Shown here: one piece after another, positions 42,815-52,238 of the stretch
How positions within the stretch are numbered: position 1 is the stretch's first letter
Layout: the number at the start of each line of letters is the position of its first letter
From: an uncultured cyanobacterium
GTDB lineage: Bacteria; Cyanobacteriota; Cyanobacteriia; Cyanobacteriales; CAWCAG01
Reading direction: 5' to 3'
Assembly (NCBI GenBank): GCA_963793425.1
Contig: CAWCAG010000001.1
Span: 57,455-121,454, forward strand
DNA: 64,000 bases
Notes under the pieces: generated by a model
Seen by the model: the letters and a program-made list of their open reading frames with translations, nothing else
Told to the model about the DNA's origin: nothing
The model's database searches: none
Program-made: the position numbers and the translations under genes

Positions 42815-44215
42815 TTAGATTTCCAATTCAGCTAATTGTTTAGTGACTTCCTTTCCTAAAGCTTCCCAAGCAATTTCTATTTGTTTTCCTGTTCTCAAAT
42901 TCTTCAAACCACACTTTTGCGCCGCAGCTTCTTCTGAACCAATAATCACGCAAAAAGGTATACCCCGTTTATCCGCTTGCTGTAACTGTTTGCCGACACC
43001 GCGCTTCTCAAAACTGGTAATGACACTTAATCCTTCCTGGCGCAATTTCTGAGAAACTTTGAGATACAAAGGCATTAAATCTTCTTGCATATTAACTACC
43101 ATTACCTGGGCAGGGGTAGCAGCTAATGGTTCCATAATTTCAGCTTTAAGCAAACGACTCATTAACCTAGTTAAACCAATGGAAATGCCTACTCCTGGCA
43201 TTTTTTCTCCCACAAACATTCCCACTAATTCTTCATACCTACCCCCAGAACAAATACTGCCTAATTCTTCATTTCCTACCAAACTGGTTTCATAAACTGT
43301 ACCTGTGTAATAGTTTAGTCCTCTGGCAATGGCTAAATCGAGGCAAAAGTACTTTTCGGCGACTCCTAAGTTGCGAACGTTGATAACTACGGTTTCTAAT
43401 TCAGTAATACCTATTTTAAGTATTTCAGAATTATCGCTATTTTGAGCAATATTTCTTAGTTTTTCTAAAACTTCATCAACGCTACCTTTAACTTGAGTAA
43501 AAGCTAAAACCTGCTCTACTTGCTCCTCATTTAAACCTTCTTCTTCTAAAGCTTTTTCGACTTTTGTTGGGCCAATCTTTTCTGCTGCATCAATGATCCG
43601 AATACAGGCAATAATTTGTTCCTGGGCTACTTTTATAGCTTGAAAGAAACCTGTCAAAACTTTGCGATTATTGATCCGAATTAAAAAATCGCCAATATCA
43701 ATCGCCGTGAAAATTTCGGTGATAATAGCAGGGATTTGAGCATCGTAAAGTAAACTTAATTTATTCCTGCCCACCACATCAATATCACACTGCCGAAATT
43801 GGCGATAGCGTCCATCTTTAGCCCTTTCCCCCCGAAATACCATATCCATTTGATAGCGGGCAAAAGGAAAGTTTAATTCGTTAAGATGGCGGGCAATATA
43901 GGCAGCTAAGGGAACGGTTTGGTCAAATTTTAAAGCCCGTTCCTCAGAACTAGAATTTCCGGCTTGCTCTTGCTCTGCTTGACGAAGGGGGGGCAAAATG
44001 GGGTTTAAACCATAGATGATATTATCCCCTTGATTTCCCTTAGCTTGGAGTACTTCGAGGCGTTCCACAGCAGGAGTTTCAATGGGGGTAAAGCCATAGC
44101 GCTCAAAAACTTGGCGTATGGTATCTAATAAATAAAGTTCTAGACGTTTTTCCTCTGGAAGAAATTCAGGAAAGCCACTAGGACAAGAATAATTGATTTT
44201 ATCAGCCTTTGCCAT
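42815..44215 (-). CDS. hisS: Histidine--tRNA ligase
   Basis: Class II motifs are present (YRQFRQCDIDVVG; CSGGRYEELVGMF), together with a C-terminal anticodon-binding domain (VMVVNM...IPFCVIIGSEE). Confidence 0.9.
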   Translation of the reverse strand: MAKADKINYSCPSGFPEFLPEEKRLELYLLDTIRQVFERYGFTPIETPAVERLEVLQAKGNQGDNIIYGLNPILPPLRQAEQEQAGNSSSEERALKFDQTVPLAAYIARHLNELNFPFARYQMDMVFRGERAKDGRYRQFRQCDIDVVGRNKLSLLYDAQIPAIITEIFTAIDIGDFLIRINNRKVLTGFFQAIKVAQEQIIACIRIIDAAEKIGPTKVEKALEEEGLNEEQVEQVLAFTQVKGSVDEVLEKLRNIAQNSDNSEILKIGITELETVVINVRNLGVAEKYFCLDLAIARGLNYYTGTVYETSLVGNEELGSICSGGRYEELVGMFVGEKMPGVGISIGLTRLMSRLLKAEIMEPLAATPAQVMVVNMQEDLMPLYLKVSQKLRQEGLSVITSFEKRGVGKQLQQADKRGIPFCVIIGSEEAAAQKCGLKNLRTGKQIEIAWEALGKEVTKQLAELEI

Positions 44216-44288
44216 TTGGTAGTTAGTTATTGGTCATTTATTATTAGTTACTTTTTAAGCAAGTAGAGGAGATAGTGAGAAATAAGAC

Positions 44289-44316
44289 AATTAGCGATTA
44301 GCTATTAGCAACTAGC
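44289..44316. repeat. Heptamer tandem repeat (ATTAGC-type)
   Basis: aattagc gattagc tattagc aactagc, located between hisS and the J-domain gene. Confidence 0.75.
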
Positions 44317-44321
44317 AAAGT

Positions 44322-45284
44322 CTATTTCTTCCTACCAAATAAGCCTCCAAATCTTCCTCCAGATTTATTATCTCCTGAAGTATTTTTAGAACTGCTATTA
44401 GTCTTTTTGCTGCTAGCTTGTCCACCATCCATTTTATCTAAAAGTTTCTTACCTTTAACACCATTAGGATCATTAGGACTTATTTTCAAGGCTTTATTAA
44501 TATAAACTTTGGCCATGCCCATTTGCTTTTGTTGCAAATAAATTAAGCCCAATAAGCTATTACAAGGAGCATCGTTCGGTTCTAGTTTCAAGCCATCCCG
44601 CAATTCCAAAACAGCTTTACTATAATTCTTTTTGGTAATATATTCTTGAGCGCGGCGTACATAAGGCTCTGACCTAGAAGTTGGTACTTTTTTCTCTGTG
44701 TTTCCTCCCTTACCGGCAGGTTTTCCCTGTCCCATAGGCGGTTTTCTCGCCCCTACCGTTGAAGCTGTAGTTCCTGTAGTTCCTCCTCCAGTCCTAACAC
44801 CTTTACCCTGCTTCTTCATTAAGTAAACCATGTTCAGTTCACTAATTTGAGCAATTTTGCTAGCAATTTCCCCTAGACTTTGGTACTGCTCTTTGGCTAA
44901 GGTTTGTAGCTGTTGCTTGTAAACACTATCTAAGTTGTTACCAGCCTTAGAAAGTTCCTTTGCTCCTTCGCTAGACAAAGAGATTTTTCCTCCCTCAGTG
45001 GCTAGACGTTGCCCCATCTGAGAAAGGACTAGTTGGTACTCTGCACGAGAGTCTTCTTTAGATAATTTCTCGTAAGCAGGATTAACTAACTTTGATAATA
45101 ATTCGCTAGCTTGCTTTTTCTCCGCTTCGTTTTCAGCCTTACAGCTATCCGGGTGCAAATTTCGAGCTACTTTTAGATATCTTTTACGTACTTGTTTGGC
45201 ATCTGCGGTAAGAGGTAACCCCAAAACAGCATGATAGTCGGTAAGATCGTATTTAAAAAGTCCTTGCTCAATTTTTAAAGACAT
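44322..45284 (-). CDS. J-domain (DnaJ-like) protein with a C-terminal TPR region
   Basis: The J-domain is DYHAVLGLPLTADAKQVRKRYLKVARNLHPD. A Gly/Thr-rich linker follows, then TPR-like repeats (AVLELRDGLKLEPNDAPCNSLLGLIYL...). Confidence 0.85.
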   Translation of the reverse strand: MSLKIEQGLFKYDLTDYHAVLGLPLTADAKQVRKRYLKVARNLHPDSCKAENEAEKKQASELLSKLVNPAYEKLSKEDSRAEYQLVLSQMGQRLATEGGKISLSSEGAKELSKAGNNLDSVYKQQLQTLAKEQYQSLGEIASKIAQISELNMVYLMKKQGKGVRTGGGTTGTTASTVGARKPPMGQGKPAGKGGNTEKKVPTSRSEPYVRRAQEYITKKNYSKAVLELRDGLKLEPNDAPCNSLLGLIYLQQKQMGMAKVYINKALKISPNDPNGVKGKKLLDKMDGGQASSKKTNSSSKNTSGDNKSGGRFGGLFGRKK

Positions 45285-45653
45285 AAACTTCTACACCATC
45301 TCCTTGCTGAAATAATTCCTTAATTTTTGTGTTAGCTCGATTGCTAGTCTTGTAAGCTGTAGCAGCCTTCAAAAAACTTACTTAATAAAGATAATAGCTA
45401 ATTTAATCTGTTTCCTTGTGCTTGGGGACACCTTTTTCTTAGGATACCTAATTTTAATTAAGAAAATCCTCTCCCAGACAGAATCTACACGAGTTCTTCA
45501 TTAAGGCTTCATTAATACTTTAAGAATAGAGATATCCCTTAGTTAGTTTAACTAATATAGTCATTTCAATTTAGATTGAGACCAACTTTTCTTACTGTGA
45601 GTAGAGATACAAATGAAAAAGTGTCTCATTCTTATTTAGAACAACTATAAATA

Positions 45654-46490
45654 CTAACCTTTGGGGTTTGCCCAATCTGATAAAGGTGGTGCTTCTTGCA
45701 AAGCTTGGCTAAGTTGAGGGTGCAAAATGCCATTGGTTGCTAAAATTCGACCAGAGTTAAGTTCCCAAGGACTGCCATCGTAAGCGGTGACTTTTCCTCC
45801 TGCTTCTTGCACCAAAACTATACCCGCAGCAACATCCCAAAGTTTGATACCCCTTTCCCAATAACCATCAAGACGACCGCAAGCAACATCGCATAAATCA
45901 AGGGCCGCAGAGCCGCTACGCCTTACTCCTTGGGTTAAATGAGTTAAGTGGCAAAACTCTGCATAATTATTATCTGCTGTTTCCGTGCGATCATAAGCAA
46001 AACCACTTACTAGTAAACTCTGCCTCAATTGAGACACACCAGAGATTTGAATGGGGCGATAATTACAACTAGCACCCAATCCTGTAGCAGCACGAAAAAG
46101 CTCTTTACGAAAAGGATTGTAGATAGCCCCAACTTGAGGTACTCCTTCAATCAGCAACCCCACAGAGACGCAAGAAACAGGATACTGGTGGGCATAATTG
46201 GTTGTACCATCTAAAGGATCTACTGCCCAAAGATACTTACTTTTGCTGGTATTAATCTCCCCAGATTCTTCTGTTAGGATGGGATGATCTGGGGTGCGAT
46301 CGCCTAAAACCTTAAGAATTTCTACCTCTGCGGCTTTATCTGCTTCTGTCACTAAATCTCCAGAACGCCCTTTTTCTTCAATAAAGTTTAGGTTTCCCCA
46401 ATAATCTTCTAAAATTGCCCCAGCAGCGTGTACTGCTTCTGTGGCAATATCAAGGAAAATTGCTAACTGTTCGGAAGATGTTTGAGACAT
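45654..46490 (-). CDS. Inositol monophosphatase family protein (SuhB/HisN-like)
   Basis: Motifs are ILTEESG, WAVDPLDGTTNY and AAGIVLVQEAGG. The ATG at 46490 (MSQTSSEQ) is preferred over the upstream start at 46562. Confidence 0.85.
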   Translation of the reverse strand: MSQTSSEQLAIFLDIATEAVHAAGAILEDYWGNLNFIEEKGRSGDLVTEADKAAEVEILKVLGDRTPDHPILTEESGEINTSKSKYLWAVDPLDGTTNYAHQYPVSCVSVGLLIEGVPQVGAIYNPFRKELFRAATGLGASCNYRPIQISGVSQLRQSLLVSGFAYDRTETADNNYAEFCHLTHLTQGVRRSGSAALDLCDVACGRLDGYWERGIKLWDVAAGIVLVQEAGGKVTAYDGSPWELNSGRILATNGILHPQLSQALQEAPPLSDWANPKG

Positions 46491-46699
46491 AGTAGGCTGT
46501 TGAGTATTTAATGGGAACTGTAGTCTATTTAGCCATAATCTACCAATCTCATGATCATTCAAGCGATTACAAAGCCTTTAACCTTTGAAGAATTCTTAGT
46601 TTGGGATAAGAACGAGTTGAATCAGGGCTTTTTCCTGAGCTTAACCTCTCAGCAAAGCAAATTTTTGCTCCGGGGCATTTAAACGACACGGGTATTTGA

Positions 46700-47278
46700 T
46701 TATTCCCAAATGACTTGCAATTCCAAAACAAAACCGGGCAAAATATCCTCCCCTGACAAACTCGTCGGATTATCCAAAGCCTCTTTAGTTTCTCCTTGGC
46801 GATAAATTTCAACTTGGTGAGTTTGAGGATTAATCAACCAACCTAACTTCACCCCATTATTCATGTACTCCTCCATCTTTTTTCGAATACTAGTTAAAGT
46901 ATCGCTAGGGGACATCAACTCTAAGACAAAGTCTGGGGCAATGGGGGGAAACTTCTCTTTTTCTTTAGTAGTTAAAGCATCCCATCTTGACTGTTTAATC
47001 CAAGAGACATCAGGGGAACGGTTTGCACCATTAGGTAAACGGAAACAAGTAGAGGAATCAAAACAAACTCCTAACTTGGTTTGACGATTCCAAAATACAA
47101 AATCAGCATTGATTTCTGAGTTATATTTGCCAGTTTCTCCACCTGTCGGGGGCATAATAATTATCTCTCTGGTAACATTGCGCTCAAACTTAATATCAGG
47201 ATTGGCACGACAGAGATTATAAAACGTTTCGTCATCAATTTGACTGATAGGAGCAAAATCAATTGTGTAAGCAGTCAT
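46700..47278 (-). CDS. Uma2 (DUF820) family PD-(D/E)xK endonuclease-like protein
   Basis: 192 aa. Motifs are PDFVLELMSPSD and EEYMNNGVKLGWLINPQTHQVEIYR, typical of this family that is expanded in cyanobacteria. Confidence 0.8.
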   Translation of the reverse strand: MTAYTIDFAPISQIDDETFYNLCRANPDIKFERNVTREIIIMPPTGGETGKYNSEINADFVFWNRQTKLGVCFDSSTCFRLPNGANRSPDVSWIKQSRWDALTTKEKEKFPPIAPDFVLELMSPSDTLTSIRKKMEEYMNNGVKLGWLINPQTHQVEIYRQGETKEALDNPTSLSGEDILPGFVLELQVIWE

Positions 47279-47360
47279 TTTATCTAGATAAAGAGTTGGT
47301 TTAAGTTTAATTTAACTGCTAAGCAAGTTAGGGCGCAGACATACGCGCCCTGATAAAAAA

Positions 47361-48044
47361 CTAACCGCCTCTAAGAGATGTCGAACCTTCAGGACATTCA
47401 ATCTGACCGTCTTCCCCTGGTGCTTTTGGCATAGCTGGGGGCTTGTCAGAAGGCTCGTCAGTTTCACAAATTCCCGGTACAGGAGCGCTTTCTCCGTTAA
47501 CTTCAATCACAAAAATTGCTCCGGTGTAACTTTTTAAAGCCTCATCTTTCGCCTTAGCTGTTACCATCACACTTTTATCATCTTGAGGATTAATTTCATA
47601 CTGGAAATTATCTGTTTCCGATTCAATTTGCAAGCCTAACTCCTCAAAGCTACTACCGAACTTGTTATTCTGTAAATAATAAGCTTGTTGAGCCTGTAAC
47701 AATGAAGCTACAAGAGTTCTGCCTTCACTTTGTTTAGCTTGTTCTTCTAAGTTAATAACTTCTGTCCCTTCAGGCAAATCTGTCTCCTCAGAAACCTTTT
47801 CCAAAGGAATTTCGTAAGCAACAGATTCACCTTCTGGTGCCTGTCCTTCGGGGGGAACGACAAATACCTTCCCTTCAGGAGAAAGAATAATTTTAATCTC
47901 TTCTTTGGTTGTTGGTTCGGTAAATTGCCAAGTACCCTGCCATTCTTTACCAGATTGGCAGCCAGCAATGCTCAAAACACTCACGGCTAAACCGCAAAAG
48001 ATTGAGGCACGGGATAAAGATAAAGACCGCAAAAAATTAGACAA
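47361..48044 (-). CDS. Lipoprotein with a type IV pilin-like G/H-family C-terminal domain
   Basis: The lipobox is LSIAGC. The segment LLQAQQAYYLQNNKFGSSFEELGL...VMVTAKAKDEALKSYTGAIFV resembles cyanobacterial pilin-like G/H proteins. Confidence 0.5.
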   Translation of the reverse strand: MSNFLRSLSLSRASIFCGLAVSVLSIAGCQSGKEWQGTWQFTEPTTKEEIKIILSPEGKVFVVPPEGQAPEGESVAYEIPLEKVSEETDLPEGTEVINLEEQAKQSEGRTLVASLLQAQQAYYLQNNKFGSSFEELGLQIESETDNFQYEINPQDDKSVMVTAKAKDEALKSYTGAIFVIEVNGESAPVPGICETDEPSDKPPAMPKAPGEDGQIECPEGSTSLRGG

Positions 48045-48052
48045 GATTTTAT

Positions 48053-48349
48053 TTAAGTTTTAAGTTTACATCTAGAAGGATAATAGATTTGACGCATTTT
48101 GCTGTGATTGAGTTGCGAGTAAACCTTTTTAGAAGCAATTAAGGGTTTGAGACAATGAAGGGTCATTGATATTGGCCTATTCAAGATTTGGCTAACTTCT
48201 TGTAAGGTAAGACCTTGAGGATGAGATTGAATTAAGGTCAATATCTTTTCTGTAGTTGTTGGGCCAGGAGTGGGGTGGATAATACGAATAGTGGTCAAGG
48301 TTTTCACACTTAGAGTAATTATTTGTGGAACTGTTGGTTTGTGCTGCAC
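48053..48349 (-). CDS. Small hypothetical protein, possible winged-helix
   Basis: 98 aa. The segment ILTLIQSHPQGLTLQEVSQILNRPISMTLHCLKPLIASKKV looks like a wHTH. The gene ends 8 nt upstream of the lipoprotein gene. Confidence 0.35.
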   Translation of the reverse strand: MQHKPTVPQIITLSVKTLTTIRIIHPTPGPTTTEKILTLIQSHPQGLTLQEVSQILNRPISMTLHCLKPLIASKKVYSQLNHSKMRQIYYPSRCKLKT

Positions 48350-48554
48350 CCTAATCTGTGAATTTAACTTTTGTAACCCTGATGAATTACTTAATATTTC
48401 TATAATATTCTTCTTGATTTTTCTCTACTCAACCGGATTTTTTCTCTAAGCTGTTAAGCAAAACCAATATTTTTAATTACTTTGATAGCTAAACGTTAAA
48501 GTAGAATTTGCAAGGTAATTTTTCCCTGGCTAATCAATTGCTTCAGAACAGATC

Positions 48555-49190
48555 ATGACTAACGCTGCTTCTACCTTCACCAGTGATTTATGGGACTGGA
48601 ATTTGACTAGTCCCCAACCAAACCAAGATACTGAACTACTGAAGCAGCTATGCTTTATCCCTGGGCTTAAAGAAGTTCTGATGGTGCGTCAAGTTCATGC
48701 CTTAGAACATGGAACTGTTTGGGTTCTCAGTGAAAATCAAAATTTCCTCCCTCAAGATACTCATCAAGCAGATAATGAAGCCTTGGGAGGTCTTTCTACT
48801 GAAACAGGTTTTTATTTATACGGTCAAGTTAACCTTTCTAAGCTCAAAAGAGCCGTTAGCTTAGCCCTGAAGCGCTTGAAACAAGGAGAATGGGATTTAG
48901 CAATCCATCCTCGTTGCGGTACAAACCTATCTGTGACGATGGTTTTAACCGCAGGTATGGTTTTGGGTACTCATCTCCTTTTGCCACGAGGCCCCATAGA
49001 ACAACTTCTTGGTTTAAGTGTTGCTACCACAACCGCAGCACAATTAGCTCCGGATTTGGGAAGTCTTGTGCAAAGATATATAACTACTGCTGTCCCCTTT
49101 AATTTAGAGGTGGTAGAAATAGCTCAAACCAAAGATAAATGGGGGCGTTCAGCACATTTTATTCGTGTCAAATGGCGAGACTTGCAATAA
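48555..49190 (+). CDS. Conserved hypothetical protein
   Basis: 211-aa ORF with coding-like composition. It has an HALEHGT segment and hydrophobic helices. I recognise no family. Confidence 0.5.
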   Translation: MTNAASTFTSDLWDWNLTSPQPNQDTELLKQLCFIPGLKEVLMVRQVHALEHGTVWVLSENQNFLPQDTHQADNEALGGLSTETGFYLYGQVNLSKLKRAVSLALKRLKQGEWDLAIHPRCGTNLSVTMVLTAGMVLGTHLLLPRGPIEQLLGLSVATTTAAQLAPDLGSLVQRYITTAVPFNLEVVEIAQTKDKWGRSAHFIRVKWRDLQ

Positions 49191-49272
49191 AACTTAAAGC
49201 TCTATTTGCACAGCGAATCCCAATAAAATAGTACGCTTTGATTTAAAAGATATATAAAAAAGGAGAACACTT

Positions 49273-49626
49273 GTGGTTCAACGTGGCTCTAAAGTAAGGA
49301 TTCTTCGTGAAGAGTCCTATTGGTATAGAGATGTAGGAACTGTTGCTTCTGTAGATAAAAGCGGCATCAGATATCCTGTCATCGTTCGTTTTGATAAAGT
49401 TAACTACACCGGAATAACCACCAATAACTTCGCTCCTGAAGAGGTAGAAGAAATTGGCGCTCCTAGCGGTAAATCTAAGTCAAAATCTAAGCAAGCAACC
49501 CCTGCACCTCAGCGTACTACTGGCGAAGGACAAACTAAGTCCAAAAAACCTGCTGCACCAGAAACTGCTGGCGGCGGTAGCAAGACTGTAGAAGGTGATC
49601 CTAACCAAGGAACAGAACCTCGCTAG
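49273..49626 (+). CDS. psaE: Photosystem I reaction centre subunit IV (PsaE) with a C-terminal Lys/Pro/Gly-rich extension
   Basis: GTG start. [53 protein letters not shown] is canonical PsaE. About 45 extra residues follow it. Confidence 0.9.
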   Translation: MVQRGSKVRILREESYWYRDVGTVASVDKSGIRYPVIVRFDKVNYTGITTNNFAPEEVEEIGAPSGKSKSKSKQATPAPQRTTGEGQTKSKKPAAPETAGGGSKTVEGDPNQGTEPR

Positions 49627-49629
49627 ATA

Positions 49630-50469
49630 GTGCCAGAATTACCGGAAGTTGAAACAGTCCGTAAAGGATTAAATCAACTCACTTTGCAACAAGAGATTAA
49701 GGGTGGGGAAGTGCTGCTGAAACGCAGCCTTGCCTACCCCGTTTCTGTACCTGAATTTTGGTCAGGATTGGAAGGGGTTGGAATCGCAAGTTGGCAAAGG
49801 CGGGGTAAATATTTACTCGCTCAACTTGACAATTCTGCTTATCTTGGGGTTCATTTACGCATGACAGGGCAACTTTTGTGGGTAAAGCAAACTGAACCCC
49901 TACAAAAACATACCCGCATCAGAATTTTTGTGGGAGATGAAAAAGAGTTACGTTTTGTGGATATTCGCACTTTCGGTAAAGTTTGGTTAGTGCCTCCCGG
50001 ACAGGAAATAACTAAGATTATTACCGGGTTACAAAAACTAGGCCCCGAACCCTTCGATCCTGAATTTTCTTGCCAGTATTTAGGGGGAAAATTGCAGAAG
50101 ACAGGGCGTTCTATTAAAGTTGCTCTTTTAGACCAGGGAATTGTTGCCGGAATTGGTAATATTTATGCTGATGAAGCCCTCTTTAAAAGCGGTATTCGTC
50201 CAGAAACTATTGCTAAGGATTTAAGTTTTGCTCAAGTTACCAGCTTACATCGAGCTATTGTTGAAGTTTTGCAAACAGCTATTGACAAAGGTGGCACAAC
50301 CTTTAGCGATTTTCTCAATTTGTTAGGAGTAAGCGGTAACTACGGGGATCAGGCCCTGGTTTATGGCAGAAAAGGGGAACCTTGCCGGTTGTGCAGTACA
50401 ACCATCGAACGTATAAAGTTAGGAGGGCGTTCTGCTCATTTTTGTCCTCGTTGTCAAAAAAAAGGCTAG
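49630..50469 (+). CDS. mutM: Formamidopyrimidine-DNA glycosylase
   Basis: GTG start giving PELPEVETVRKGL. The C-terminal zinc finger is CRLCSTTI...GGRSAHFCPRCQ. Confidence 0.92.
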   Translation: MPELPEVETVRKGLNQLTLQQEIKGGEVLLKRSLAYPVSVPEFWSGLEGVGIASWQRRGKYLLAQLDNSAYLGVHLRMTGQLLWVKQTEPLQKHTRIRIFVGDEKELRFVDIRTFGKVWLVPPGQEITKIITGLQKLGPEPFDPEFSCQYLGGKLQKTGRSIKVALLDQGIVAGIGNIYADEALFKSGIRPETIAKDLSFAQVTSLHRAIVEVLQTAIDKGGTTFSDFLNLLGVSGNYGDQALVYGRKGEPCRLCSTTIERIKLGGRSAHFCPRCQKKG

Positions 50470-50560
50470 GAGGCTAGGGGGCTTGAGGGCTGGGGAATTA
50501 GAGAGAAAACTATTAGCCATTAGCAATTAGTAATTAACCATTAGTCAATAGTAATTAGCC
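50464..50560. repeat. Composite intergenic repeat: GGCTAGG/GGCTGGG G-rich units followed by seven ATTAGCC-type heptamers
   Basis: ggctaggaggctagggggcttgagggctgggg ... attagcc attagca attagta attaacc attagtc aatagta attagcc. Confidence 0.8.
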
Positions 50561-50643
50561 AAAAGGCCACCCAAACTGTAAGCTATTGAAGTATGTCCAA
50601 ATTAGTCCAGTAAACATAAATTAGGTTCTTCTAGCTTAAGCTT

Positions 50644-50862
50644 ATGGCAGGCAAGATTAAAAAAGGTTCCTTGGTTCGTGCAGTAGAAGAAAAACTAGCT
50701 AATAGTCTCGAAGCGACAGCTAGTGATACTCGGTTTCCTCCTTACATATTTGAGAGTAAGGGAGAAGTTGTGGAAATTAATGAAGATTATGCTTTCGTGA
50801 AATTCTACGTCCCAACCCCAAATATCTGGTTCCGCATTGACCAGTTGGAGCTAGCGGAGTAA
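50644..50862 (+). CDS. ndhO: NAD(P)H-quinone oxidoreductase (NDH-1) subunit O
   Basis: 72 aa. [38 protein letters not shown]...[13 protein letters not shown] closely matches cyanobacterial NdhO as I remember it. Confidence 0.85.
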   Translation: MAGKIKKGSLVRAVEEKLANSLEATASDTRFPPYIFESKGEVVEINEDYAFVKFYVPTPNIWFRIDQLELAE

Positions 50863-50878
50863 TTATTTAGTTACAATC

Positions 50879-51847
50879 ATGAATTCTTCCCCTAATTCCC
50901 TACCTAACCATAGCGCCGCCCTAGTCTCTATCATTGGGGCTGGTAAAGTGGGTAGCACCCTCGCCCAGAGAATTATCGAAAAAAACTTAGCAGATGTTGT
51001 CTTATTAGATATTGTAGAGGGTTTGCCCCAAGGCATTGCCCTCGATCTAATGTCATCTCAAGGGTTAGAATTACATGATTGCACCATAACTGGTAGCAAC
51101 GACTACAGCGACACAGCAAATTCTGATGTTGTTGTCATTACTGCTGGCTTCCCTCGTAGGCCAGGGATGGATCGCGATGATTTAATTAAGAGTAATGCCA
51201 GAATAGTTACTGATGCAGCTAGGCAAGCGATCGCTCATTCTCCTGATGCTTTGGTTATTGTGGTAACAAATCCTTTAGATGTCATGACTTATATGGCTTG
51301 GAAGGCGACGAATCTTCCGGTGCAAAGGGTTATGGGCATGGCTGGAGTTCTTGATTCTTCTCGTCTGCAAACCTTTATCGCCATGGAGCTAAAAGTTGCT
51401 GTCAGCAATGTTAGCGCTATGGTTTTGGGTAGCCACGGAGACTTGATGGTTCCTTTGCCCAAGTACTGCACCGTGAGCGGCATTCCTATCGCTGAAATGC
51501 TAGATGAAGTAACTATCAATAGATTAATAGAACGAACTCGCCACGGGGGAGCGGAAGTGGTTAAGCTACTAAAAACAGGAGGAGCTTACTTTGCCCCTGC
51601 TTCCTCTATTTGTTTGATGGTAGAATCCATCTTGCTCGATCAATCCCGCCTACTTCCTGGAGCAGTCTATTTACAAGGGGAATATGGCTTGAATGATATT
51701 TTCTTAGGGGTTCCTTTTCGTCTGGGAAGCCAAGGGGTAGAGAAAGTATTGGAGCTAAAATTAACTATGGCAGAACGTTCTGCCCTGCAAGTTTCTGCTG
51801 ATGCAGTGAGGGAGAATATTCAAAAAGCAACCTCTTTTCTCTGTTAG
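50879..51847 (+). CDS. mdh: Malate dehydrogenase (LDH-like MDH)
   Basis: The Rossmann motif is IIGAGKVGS. Other motifs are ITAGFPRRPGMDRDDL and the catalytic SHGD region. Confidence 0.9.
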   Translation: MNSSPNSLPNHSAALVSIIGAGKVGSTLAQRIIEKNLADVVLLDIVEGLPQGIALDLMSSQGLELHDCTITGSNDYSDTANSDVVVITAGFPRRPGMDRDDLIKSNARIVTDAARQAIAHSPDALVIVVTNPLDVMTYMAWKATNLPVQRVMGMAGVLDSSRLQTFIAMELKVAVSNVSAMVLGSHGDLMVPLPKYCTVSGIPIAEMLDEVTINRLIERTRHGGAEVVKLLKTGGAYFAPASSICLMVESILLDQSRLLPGAVYLQGEYGLNDIFLGVPFRLGSQGVEKVLELKLTMAERSALQVSADAVRENIQKATSFLC

Positions 51848-51857
51848 AAAATAAGAT

Positions 51858-51882
51858 AGAGACGTTCTGTCAGAACGTCTCT
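51858..51882. terminator. Perfect 11-bp-arm hairpin (AGAGACGTTCT-GTC-AGAACGTCTCT) between convergent mdh and psbY
   Basis: The inverted repeat was read directly from the sequence. The arms are identical to those of the hairpin at 40012-40036. Its position fits a bidirectional terminator. Confidence 0.55.
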
Positions 51883-51912
51883 ACGGGCTTTTCCACTGTC
51901 AATTAGTTTTTT

Positions 51913-52032
51913 TTAGCTTTGTTTGTTCAAAAAACCTTGGGCTTGGCGCAGAGCGATAGCACCAACGTTATATAAAGCCCAACTTCCAGCCGCAATGACA
52001 GGGAGAAGAACAACTATAATTCGCCAATCCAT
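51913..52032 (-). CDS. psbY: Photosystem II protein Y
   Basis: Not in the ORF track because it is under 60 aa. The reverse complement reads ATG...TAA, giving [39 protein letters not shown] (39 aa). This has the MDWR start and single TM helix typical of cyanobacterial PsbY. Confidence 0.85.
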   Translation of the reverse strand: MDWRIIVVLLPVIAAGSWALYNVGAIALRQAQGFLNKQS

Positions 52033-52238
52033 TTTTTCCTTCCTCTCTTATATTTCTTTGTTAAGTATTTTAAACGATTCTCATTTTTTCTGATCTGATT
52101 ATATTGTCACCATAGTTAGGGATTTTTTTCAAGTAGGAATTTGCTTGTTCCCATAACCTAAATAAGAAATCTATACCTCTTTTTGAGTAACTATCTTATT
52201 TTAGATATAGAAAGTTTTGCAGAGATATAAAAACACTT

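Noticed and set aside
42815-44215. HisZ (the ATP-phosphoribosyltransferase regulatory subunit) as an alternative call for the HisRS-like gene
   Set aside because: The ORF retains class II motifs 2 and 3 and a full C-terminal anticodon-binding domain, which HisZ lacks. The hisS call is therefore kept.
27709-44215. hisD, hisC and hisS interpreted as a histidine operon or regulon cluster
   Set aside because: The genes are separated by 11 kb and 1 kb of unrelated genes and are not contiguous. I cannot show that this is more than coincidence.
46567-46812. 81-aa minus-strand ORF between the inositol monophosphatase and Uma2 genes
   Set aside because: It overlaps the 3' end of the Uma2 gene in another frame, has no recognisable motif and has atypical composition.
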